Shown one piece after another: positions 22,031 through 29,912 of a stretch of DNA of 35,250 nucleotides. The stretch is from positions 1-35,250 of the forward strand of contig DAOORH010000001.1 of NCBI GenBank assembly GCA_035389145.1, in the 5' to 3' direction. Both the position numbers and the translations under genes were made by a program. Positions within the stretch are counted from its first letter, which is position 1, and every line of letters starts with the position of its first letter. This stretch comes from Cellvibrio sp. GTDB taxonomy: Bacteria > Pseudomonadota > Gammaproteobacteria > Pseudomonadales > Cellvibrionaceae. The notes beneath the pieces are model-generated. The model made no database searches and was not told the origin of the DNA. It saw only the letters and a list, made by a program, of their open reading frames with translations.

Positions 22031-22154
22031 AGAGAGCTCTCTCGATTGACTTTACTTAAAACCCTCCGTGATTAACAAAATTTTGCGCGCATCCATTAAA
22101 GCCAGAACACATCTTTTATGTTTTCATAAAATATTCTCTTATTAAAAAATTAAA

Positions 22155-22847
22155 TTAGGGTTGCGCGTCTATTTCTAAAAAATCGTTAGCGCCGGGATGA
22201 GACAACTCAATCTCTGCAGGGTTTTTATAGAGCCAACCCAAACCATTCACAGACTCCATGGTATAGCTGCCCTCGGGCGTCGTGATCGTGGCAAATACAG
22301 AGTGCTCGCCATAAGTCATTACCACGGGGTAATCTGTACCGTAACCCTCTATGTGGCCACTCCAAGAATAATCACCGTTAGATAAATTGCTAACAGACTC
22401 AACCGCAGCAACATAGCTTTTCCCCTGCAGCAAAGGCATTGAAATCTGCTCACCTAGCCCAGGGACAGACGCAATTTCTTCTGGCAATTTTACGATGGTG
22501 AAATCAGAAATTTTTTCGCTTAACGGAATTAGTGGCGTTCCCGCTTTCGTATCAGCCATTTGCCAAGACAACCGAGCTGGGGCCTCACTAGAATGATTAA
22601 AAGCACGGTTAAACGGAACAGCGTTTATGGGCACAGTTTTGGAATTCTGCTGAGATACACCCCCGGAATCGATCGATTCAGAAGGAGGCAGCTCTGCGCG
22701 CGCAACAGGTATAACTCCGCTGTCAGTTACCACTAATGGCGGCACATTCATAAGCTGCACGGCAAATAAAACACTCACTCCTGCCGCCAGCGCAAACACC
22801 ACAGCGCCTACCTTTTTTTGAGAATGCGTAAGTTTTTGCAAGTTCAT
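22155..22847 (-). CDS. Membrane-anchored or exported hypothetical protein resembling an M12 peptidase pro-domain
   Basis: Basic N-terminus, one hydrophobic helix (VGAVVFALAAGVSVLFAV), a Pro/Ser-rich stalk, then a beta-rich domain NGDYSWSGHIEG...VVMTYGEHSVFATITTPEGSY...GWLY. The CDS call is solid; the function is inferred. Confidence 0.8.
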   Translation of the reverse strand: MNLQKLTHSQKKVGAVVFALAAGVSVLFAVQLMNVPPLVVTDSGVIPVARAELPPSESIDSGGVSQQNSKTVPINAVPFNRAFNHSSEAPARLSWQMADTKAGTPLIPLSEKISDFTIVKLPEEIASVPGLGEQISMPLLQGKSYVAAVESVSNLSNGDYSWSGHIEGYGTDYPVVMTYGEHSVFATITTPEGSYTMESVNGLGWLYKNPAEIELSHPGANDFLEIDAQP

Positions 22848-23140
22848 AAGCGGGACTCAGAACAGATAGTAATAAAAACTGAGGGTTTCTGACACGAGCC
22901 ATCAAATCCCAAAATAACCATGAGCACAACGAGAAATCCTTATGCAAAAATAGATCATCAAATTAAGTATCACTACTTTTTATTGGTTATTGCAGAAGAA
23001 AATCTAAGATGGTTTATATTCGATAAATTAAGTTCTAATGACGGTCGGATCACAAAGCTTTCATGGTAAAAATCGCTGCCGTATGAGCCGTAAAATTGAC
23101 ACAAGGTAGCCACACAAACATAACGGTGACGTAACGCCAT

Positions 23141-23166
23141 AAAAAAAGCAGCCACTTGGGCTGCTT
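23141..23166 (-). terminator. Intrinsic terminator after glyA
   Basis: The minus strand reads AAGCAGCC-CAAGT-GGCTGCTT followed by TTTTT. Confidence 0.85.
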
Positions 23167-23194
23167 CTTTAGATCACAAAATTAAAATATCAAT

Positions 23195-24460
23195 TTAGTC
23201 AGCATAAACCGGGAAGTCTTTGCAAAGCGCAGCCACTTTGGTTTTTACGCTAGCGATCACCTCATCGGCATTACCCGCTTCCAGCGCGGCGAAAATATCG
23301 CAAATCCAGTTGGTCAATTGCACACATTCAGCCTCTTTGAAACCGCGGGTAGTCACCGCCGGAGTACCAACACGAATACCAGAGGTCACAAAAGGTGAGC
23401 GTGGGTCATTAGGTACTGCGTTTTTGTTCACGGTGATATGCGCTTTACCCAAGGCTTCGTCGGCATCTTTACCTGAATAGGATTTACCGATCAGGTCAAC
23501 CAGCATCAGGTGGTTTTCCGTGCCGCCCGATACTATATTGATACCGCGCTCAATGAACGTTTTTGCCATGGCTTTTGCATTTTTTACCACTTGTTGCTGG
23601 TAAGCCTTGTACTCAGGGCTCATAGCCTCTTTGAAACTGATCGCTTTTGCAGCAATCACGTGCATCAAAGGACCACCTTGACCGCCGGGGAATACGGCTG
23701 AGTTCAACTTTTTCTCAATTTCTTCGTTCGCTTTGGCCAGAATCAGGCCGCCACGTGGACCGCGCAGGGTCTTGTGCGTGGTGGTAGTGGTTACGTCTGC
23801 AATTTGCACTGGGTTAGGGTACAGACCAGCGGCAACCAAACCAGCAACGTGCGCCATATCAACAAACAGGTAGGCACCTACTTTGTCCGCGATCTCGCGG
23901 AAACGTTGCCAATCCACCACTTGAGAGTATGCCGAGAAACCCGCCACAACAACTTTAGGCTTGTGCTCCAGCGCCAGACGCTCAACTTCGTCGTAATCGA
24001 TCAAGCCAGTTGCGGGGTTCAGACCGTACTGGATAGCGTTGTAATACTTGCCTGATGAGCTCACTTTGGCACCGTGAGTCAAGTGGCCGCCGTGCGCCAA
24101 ACTCATGCCTAGAATGGTATCGCCTGGAGCGCAAAGTGCAGCGTAAACCGCTTGGTTAGCTTGCGAACCAGCGTGCGGCTGCACGTTGGCGTAATCAGCA
24201 CCAAACAACTCTTTAGCGCGCGAAATCGCCAGAGATTCAGTCACATCCACATATTCACAGCCGCCGTAGTAGCGCTTGCCTGGGTAGCCTTCGGCGTATT
24301 TGTTGGTCAACTTAGTGCCTTGGGCAGCAATCACCATTGGGCTGGTGTAGTTTTCAGAGGCAATCAACTCGATGTGTTCTTCTTGGCGTTGGCCTTCGTT
24401 TTGGATAGAGGCCCAAATTTCAGGATCGAAAGAAGCGATAGTTTGGTTTTTATCAAACAT
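23195..24460 (-). CDS. glyA: Serine hydroxymethyltransferase
   Basis: [25 protein letters not shown] lysine motif [23 protein letters not shown]. Confidence 0.99.
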   Translation of the reverse strand: MFDKNQTIASFDPEIWASIQNEGQRQEEHIELIASENYTSPMVIAAQGTKLTNKYAEGYPGKRYYGGCEYVDVTESLAISRAKELFGADYANVQPHAGSQANQAVYAALCAPGDTILGMSLAHGGHLTHGAKVSSSGKYYNAIQYGLNPATGLIDYDEVERLALEHKPKVVVAGFSAYSQVVDWQRFREIADKVGAYLFVDMAHVAGLVAAGLYPNPVQIADVTTTTTHKTLRGPRGGLILAKANEEIEKKLNSAVFPGGQGGPLMHVIAAKAISFKEAMSPEYKAYQQQVVKNAKAMAKTFIERGINIVSGGTENHLMLVDLIGKSYSGKDADEALGKAHITVNKNAVPNDPRSPFVTSGIRVGTPAVTTRGFKEAECVQLTNWICDIFAALEAGNADEVIASVKTKVAALCKDFPVYAD

Positions 24461-24683
24461 AGAAGAGTCCTATAGGCTGACCAGCAATTACCTGGATGGC
24501 GTTGCCGAATTAATGGGAAGAGGGAAAATTGAGGCGCGCATTGTACATCAAGCGGCCAAATTCTTGCCATGCAAAAAACTCATGTGGTGCGAGAATCTGA
24601 TTCACGATGTTCCCTACCTATATAATGTCCCCTAGAATGCTGCCGACACCCGCTCTGATCCTCATACGCCTGAATCGGAAACT

Positions 24684-25190
24684 ATGACCGCCCTCAAATA
24701 CCTCAATGGCTACCCCGCTGAAACCATCGCTCAAGTACAGCAGATTATTGCGGATGAACGCTTGGGCGAAATTCTGCTGAAGAAATACCCGCAAACACAC
24801 GGCGTGCGCACTGATAAACAGCTCTACGACTACGCCGTAGAATTGAAAAACCAGTACATGAGCAAGGCCCAGCCGCTCAACCGCGCTTGCTACGACTCAA
24901 AAATTAAAGTGATTCAGCACGCGCTGGGGCAACACCATTACATTACGCGCGTTCAGGGCAATAAGACCAAAACCGTCAATGAAATAAAAATTGCCAGCTT
25001 GTTTCGTGTTGCACCTGAAGCTTTTTTGAAAATGATAACAGTTCATGAACTTGCTCATTTTCGAGTTAAAGAGCATGACAAAAGCTTTTATCAACTGTGT
25101 AGACACATGGAACCTAATTATCACCAGTATGAATTTGATTTGCGTTTGTACTTAACGCATTTGGATTTGTATGGGGAGTTGTATTCGTGA
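24684..25190 (+). CDS. ygjP: YgjP/DUF45 family HExxH protein (annotated as a metal-dependent hydrolase or UTP pyrophosphatase)
   Basis: LKYLNGYP start, TDKQLYDY, RVQG, VHELAH and FYQLCRHMEPNYHQYEFDLRLYL closely follow E. coli YgjP as I recall it. Confidence 0.88.
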   Translation: MTALKYLNGYPAETIAQVQQIIADERLGEILLKKYPQTHGVRTDKQLYDYAVELKNQYMSKAQPLNRACYDSKIKVIQHALGQHHYITRVQGNKTKTVNEIKIASLFRVAPEAFLKMITVHELAHFRVKEHDKSFYQLCRHMEPNYHQYEFDLRLYLTHLDLYGELYS

Positions 25191-25649
25191 CCAGCGAAAA
25201 AGCATTTAAGCCCATATATAGCTTTAATTGGCCCAAACAAAACCATCTGCAGCAATTTTTTTATATTTGAAAACAGCATCCTGACTTTAGTCATATAAAG
25301 CTACTCCATGCTGTCAAATAGGGATCTTTCGATTTTTCACCCATAAATCACATTATTGGGATAAGTACGTTAACTTTTCTTATCTAGGCTTTGCCCGAAA
25401 AGCAGTTTATTTTCTCTGCCGATTTTTTATAAAACCGAGGTTTAAGGCTCGAACATCTCGCTTACAATCGGTTACATTGCACTGGTTCCGTTGAATGGTT
25501 ACCACCCAACTTTGCTGCTAACCTTAGTTGCCAGCCACAAACTCGACTTAGATCGGAAAGCGGTATTAGAACCAAGACAACACTTTAGCTTATCCCCAAC
25601 CACGATTTGCACACGCCAAATCCATAACTCGCATAATTGAGAGAATAGA

Positions 25650-26426
25650 ATGAAAAAACTCAACTTACTCGCATTTGCCCTCATAGCCGCTGCACCGCTA
25701 CCGCTAATGGCAGCATCCAGCAGCTCTAGTAAAGTACCGGATTGGAAGCTCGCTGAGGCATCTGAAGTTTGGTCACCCGTACCCGCCGTAGTGACAGCTA
25801 ACGAGAACACACCACCTTCTGATGCAATTGTGTTGTTTGATGGTAAAACGCTCGACCAATGGCAAGGCGCTGAAAGCGGCGACGCCAAGTGGACAGTTCA
25901 AAACGGCACTTTCACCGTTGCGCCTAAAACGGGCGACATTAAAACCAAAGAATCCTTTTGCGATGTGCAATTGCACGTTGAGTGGATGACTCCTACTAAA
26001 ATCACTGGCGATGACGGCAAAACCTTGGAAGGCCAAGGCCGCCATAACAGCGGTATTTTCTTACAAGAACAATACGAAGTTCAGGTATTGGATTCCTACA
26101 ACAACAAAACCTACCCCAACGGCCAAGTAGGTTCCGTTTATAAGCAACATATTCCACTGGTAAACCCCGTTCGCGCACCTGGCGTGTGGCAGGAATACGA
26201 TATTATTTTTACCGCACCGAAATTCAGTGACGATAAAAAACTTACATCACCCGGTCGCGTTACCGTGTTGTTGAACGGTGTACTCGTACAAAACAATGTT
26301 GAAATTCAAGGTGCAACCGCGTGGATTGGCAAACCGGTTTACACCGCTCATGGTTGTGCACCGCTGCGCTTACAAGATCATGGCAACCCAGTGAGCTTTC
26401 GCAATATTTGGGTGAGAAAACTTTAA
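25650..26426 (+). CDS. Secreted DUF1080 protein (3-keto-disaccharide hydrolase family)
   Basis: Signal peptide, PPSDAIVLFDG, QLHVEW, NSGIFLQ, YEVQVLDS, WQEYDIIF and LQDHGNPVSFRNIW motifs; GAGA RBS. Confidence 0.92.
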   Translation: MKKLNLLAFALIAAAPLPLMAASSSSSKVPDWKLAEASEVWSPVPAVVTANENTPPSDAIVLFDGKTLDQWQGAESGDAKWTVQNGTFTVAPKTGDIKTKESFCDVQLHVEWMTPTKITGDDGKTLEGQGRHNSGIFLQEQYEVQVLDSYNNKTYPNGQVGSVYKQHIPLVNPVRAPGVWQEYDIIFTAPKFSDDKKLTSPGRVTVLLNGVLVQNNVEIQGATAWIGKPVYTAHGCAPLRLQDHGNPVSFRNIWVRKL

Positions 26427-26455
26427 TTTTAATTATCGAAATTTTAAATATCCCG

Positions 26456-26496
26456 CGCCGCACTATTCTCTCATTCAATGCAGAAATAGTGCGGCG
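26456..26496 (+). other. Intercistronic stem-loop (mRNA stabiliser or partial terminator)
   Basis: 12-bp inverted repeat CGCCGCACTATT / AATAGTGCGGCG followed by TACTTTT. Confidence 0.6.
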
Positions 26497-26531
26497 TACT
26501 TTTACATACCTTCACAGCGAGAGCTAAGATC

Positions 26532-29500
26532 ATGTCTTTCTCTAAAAAATTAATTGCTAGCATTGCGCTAGTGTGCACAACCTCAACAGCTTTTGCAGCG
26601 GGAACCGAAAGTCCGGCTGTTAAAGAGAACCCATTGGCATCGTTTAAAGAAAGCCCCGAATGGTCATCGGCCGCTGCCGTCAGTGTAGTAGGCAAAAAAT
26701 TTCAAATTCAGAAAAAACAGCCTGAAGAAAATACTATTCTCGTCAACAATGGCGACGGCGCAAAAAGCAAACATCTCGTTGGCAAACATTCTTTTGGTGA
26801 TACGTTAGTAAGCATGGAGTTTTTGCTGCCGCAGGATTCAACTGCAAAAGTGTACATACACGGCCACTATGCCATTGAACTTGGTACCAACACTAAAAGC
26901 AAAAATAACGAGTGGCAAACCTTAAGCGTTAAGTTTCGCGCACCGCGTTTTAATGAAGCCTCTGAAAAAGCACAGCCCGCCCTATTATTAGAAGTTCGCA
27001 TTAATGGCGAAGTTGTCAGCAACAACCAAATCATTAATACCTACAGCGAAAATGCACTCACCAATTGGGAAAGCCCAGCAGGCCAAACCACAATTCTCGC
27101 CGACAAAGGCCCGTTTGCATTTCGCAACTTCAAAGCGCAGCCCGCGGATTATGCCAACATTACCCCGCCTGAAAAAACTGGCGGTGCGACTAATGAAGCA
27201 GAACTCATAGATTATGTTGCACTTGGTAAAGAAACCTTTGAATCTTTTGGTTGTAACGTTTGTCACTCCACTGCAAAAAATGACCCTACAGTTACTACCG
27301 GCCCCAATTTATTTGGTTTATTTACCAGCGAACCACGCTCACGTGAAGTAGTAGAAGGCGGTGAAGGACATCGCTTTAATATCAAAGCAGATAGCGGCTA
27401 TTTACACCGCAGCGTGCGCGCACCTACAGATCAAATTGCTGTTGCCGAACAAGGTGCAAAAAAAGGCGAAGCTTATCCACCCATAATGCCGCCCTTTAAC
27501 GCGCAAGTTATTACCGATACGCAAATTAATGCCGTAGGCGCTTATTTAGCAACACTCAACGAACCGCAAAACCAAGGCCCCGTTGTGCAACTTATGAAGC
27601 AAGGCCCCGTTGAGAAATACGACCCAATTGCCGATAGATTGCAATTATTAGTAGACGACCAAGTGCGCGTTCAACGCGGGCCGATGACAGGCGTTTCTGG
27701 CCGTGCAATTCATGTCGGTTTAGTGAATGGTGTGAACTATTCGTTTGACCCACGCATTCTCGCGATTGCCAAAATTTGGCAAGGTGGTTTCTTGGATATG
27801 ACCGGCGAACTTACCAATCGTGGCGGCAAAGGTTTGAAAATTGGCTATGAAAGTCGCGAAATTAGTTTGGGCGATAAAGAGTATTTGTTTGCGCCATTAA
27901 ACGCCGCAGGAAAACCCATAGACTTCAGCTTTAAAGATGCGAAATTTGGCGATACACAAACCATTAAGCAATCTTTCAACAGCAAAGAAGATCACCTCAC
28001 ACAATTAGCTGCAGTGGATGCGCAATTTTTGGGTTACACACGCAACTCAAAAGATAAATCGCAAGCGCCTAGTTTCCGCTATCGCATTGGCCAAAACACT
28101 TTAGCCGTACAAACTACTTTTGATGCAAATGGTAGCGTAAGTATTAATGTGTCTGGCGAGTTAAAAACCGCGCAAACATTTGCACTCAACGCCGGCACAT
28201 TGTTAGGTGCAAAAACAACTGCAGGCAAAATAGAAAATGATCTATTGACCTTGCCTGCTGGAAAAGTAAACGCAACTCTTACGGCAAAAATTGGGTTGTC
28301 AGGTAACGTGTGGCACGCGCCAAAATCGACGTTTGATAGTCGCAAACAATCGCTGAAAGTTTTGGAATCTAAAGCAAATATGCCAGCGGGTTATAGCATT
28401 GAAAGTTATTACCCACCTAAAGATAATTTTGGCCGCGAACAATTATTTGAAGCACTCGGAATTGCCTTAACAGCAGATGGCACTTTGGTAGTTGCAACTC
28501 GCACTGCAGGTATTTGGCGTTTAGTGAAAGACAAATCAGGTAAAGGAGAGTGGCAATTATTTGCGGAAGGCACCTTCGATAGTCTTGGCGTAGTCGCAGA
28601 AGACAAAAAAGGTCTCACCGTTGTCGCTGGCCAAAAAGCAGAATTAACGCGTATTAGCGATACTAATGGCGATGGCATTGCAGATACTTATGCCACATTA
28701 TTTGATGCGCATTCTTATCACGGCAACTATCACTCTTACATGCACGGCCCCGTGCGCGGTGCTGATGGTGCTTACTACGTGAGTATTAACCTCGCCGATG
28801 GTAGCGATGGCTCTGCTTACAATGCCGGTGGTAAATATATGGGCAGTGGCGGCGGCTTTGCTGGCTGGAATATTCGTGTAGATGCAAGCAATAAAAATGA
28901 CCTCGGTAAATTTACACTCTGGGCGAATGGTTTGCGCAGCCCTGCTGGCTTAGGTTTGAGCCCCGACAACCGTCTTTGGTATTCCGATAACCAAGGCGAA
29001 TACATGGGAACGTCTAAAATTTTTGTGATCGAGCAAAATAAATTTTACGGCCATCCATCAAGCCTCGTCGATTTGCCTGGCATGACACCTGACTCGCCCG
29101 AAATTGCGTGGGAAAAATATGCTGATAAAGCAGTAAAAGCAGCGATTCTTTTACCGCATAACAGCGTTGCTAACTCACCGGGCAACCCAGCGTGGGATAC
29201 CACCAAAGGAAAATTCGGTGCTTATGCAGGGCAAATGTTAATTGGCGATCAAACCCAATCAAATTTATTGCGAGTGAATACCGAAGTGGTTGATGGCGTT
29301 GAACAAGGCAGCGTTATGCCTTTCATTGATAGTTTGGAATCAGGCGTAATGCGCCCAGTGTTCTTGCCTGATGGTAGCTTACTGCTTGGCCAAACCGGTC
29401 GCGGCTGGCAAGCCAAAGGCGGCCACGTCGCGAGTATGCAACGCATTGTATGGGATGGCAAAACAGTCTCCCCCGCCATTCAAAGTACGCACGCCACTAG

Positions 29501-29837
29501 CAACGGTTTTACATTAAAACTAACGCAACCACTGAGCGATTCAATTGATTCTGCCGCCTTACAAAAATTACTCGCTGTTGAATCATGGGTTTATCGCGAT
29601 GCGCCAGACTATGGTTCTGATGAGTTAGGTAAAGCTATGGAAAGAATTACAAACATCAGTATCAGTGCAGATCGCAAACAAATTACAATGAGCCTCGCGG
29701 AGTTAGGCCATGCATCTGTTCATCCGCAACAAACGGCGCGCGTGTATCACATCTCCTTAAACAATCAAAAACTGTTTAAAGATGCCGCTGCCGCACAATT
29801 GCACGCTTATTACACATTGTATAAATTCGCAAAATAA
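26532..29837 (+). CDS. Secreted multidomain protein: degenerate DUF1080-like domain, c-type cytochrome and sorbosone-dehydrogenase-like beta-propeller
   Basis: Signal peptide; WQTLSVKFRAPRF and GPFAFRN resemble DUF1080. Heme motif CNVCH (27252-27266) with GPNLFG and a likely axial Met in PIMPPF. Propeller motifs DTNGDGIAD, ANGLRSPAG and YSDNQGEY. Confidence 0.8.
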   Translation: MSFSKKLIASIALVCTTSTAFAAGTESPAVKENPLASFKESPEWSSAAAVSVVGKKFQIQKKQPEENTILVNNGDGAKSKHLVGKHSFGDTLVSMEFLLPQDSTAKVYIHGHYAIELGTNTKSKNNEWQTLSVKFRAPRFNEASEKAQPALLLEVRINGEVVSNNQIINTYSENALTNWESPAGQTTILADKGPFAFRNFKAQPADYANITPPEKTGGATNEAELIDYVALGKETFESFGCNVCHSTAKNDPTVTTGPNLFGLFTSEPRSREVVEGGEGHRFNIKADSGYLHRSVRAPTDQIAVAEQGAKKGEAYPPIMPPFNAQVITDTQINAVGAYLATLNEPQNQGPVVQLMKQGPVEKYDPIADRLQLLVDDQVRVQRGPMTGVSGRAIHVGLVNGVNYSFDPRILAIAKIWQGGFLDMTGELTNRGGKGLKIGYESREISLGDKEYLFAPLNAAGKPIDFSFKDAKFGDTQTIKQSFNSKEDHLTQLAAVDAQFLGYTRNSKDKSQAPSFRYRIGQNTLAVQTTFDANGSVSINVSGELKTAQTFALNAGTLLGAKTTAGKIENDLLTLPAGKVNATLTAKIGLSGNVWHAPKSTFDSRKQSLKVLESKANMPAGYSIESYYPPKDNFGREQLFEALGIALTADGTLVVATRTAGIWRLVKDKSGKGEWQLFAEGTFDSLGVVAEDKKGLTVVAGQKAELTRISDTNGDGIADTYATLFDAHSYHGNYHSYMHGPVRGADGAYYVSINLADGSDGSAYNAGGKYMGSGGGFAGWNIRVDASNKNDLGKFTLWANGLRSPAGLGLSPDNRLWYSDNQGEYMGTSKIFVIEQNKFYGHPSSLVDLPGMTPDSPEIAWEKYADKAVKAAILLPHNSVANSPGNPAWDTTKGKFGAYAGQMLIGDQTQSNLLRVNTEVVDGVEQGSVMPFIDSLESGVMRPVFLPDGSLLLGQTGRGWQAKGGHVASMQRIVWDGKTVSPAIQSTHATSNGFTLKLTQPLSDSIDSAALQKLLAVESWVYRDAPDYGSDELGKAMERITNISISADRKQITMSLAELGHASVHPQQTARVYHISLNNQKLFKDAAAAQLHAYYTLYKFAK

Positions 29838-29865
29838 AATTTGTACGCTGTTGTATCTGTTTATT

Positions 29866-29898
29866 ATGGCCACCCTAAAAAGTGGCCATTATTTTTAT
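29866..29898 (+). terminator. Possible terminator between the 1101-aa gene and the TonB-dependent receptor
   Basis: ATGGCCAC-N8-GTGGCCAT followed by TATTTTTAT. Confidence 0.5.
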
Positions 29899-29912
29899 CA
29901 AAAGGTTATCGC

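Noticed and set aside
22031-22154. Frameshift or sequencing error splitting a single peptidase gene
   Set aside because: The 124-bp gap is AT-rich and non-coding, and the downstream gene has its own complete signal peptide.
22848-23140. Short ORFs 22723-22947 and 22973-23155 in the peptidase-locus upstream region
   Set aside because: They have no RBS. One starts inside the glyA terminator and the other overlaps the 230-aa gene out of frame, so this is more likely promoter DNA.
24461-24683. Possible ZTP or glycine riboswitch upstream of glyA
   Set aside because: The conserved cores are not recognisable. Only a plausible -10 (TACAAT, 24545-24540 on the minus strand) and a short leader are present.
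29838-29912. Calling the TonB-dependent receptor btuB
   Set aside because: There is no cobalamin riboswitch and no neighbouring btu/cob genes. Size alone is not enough.
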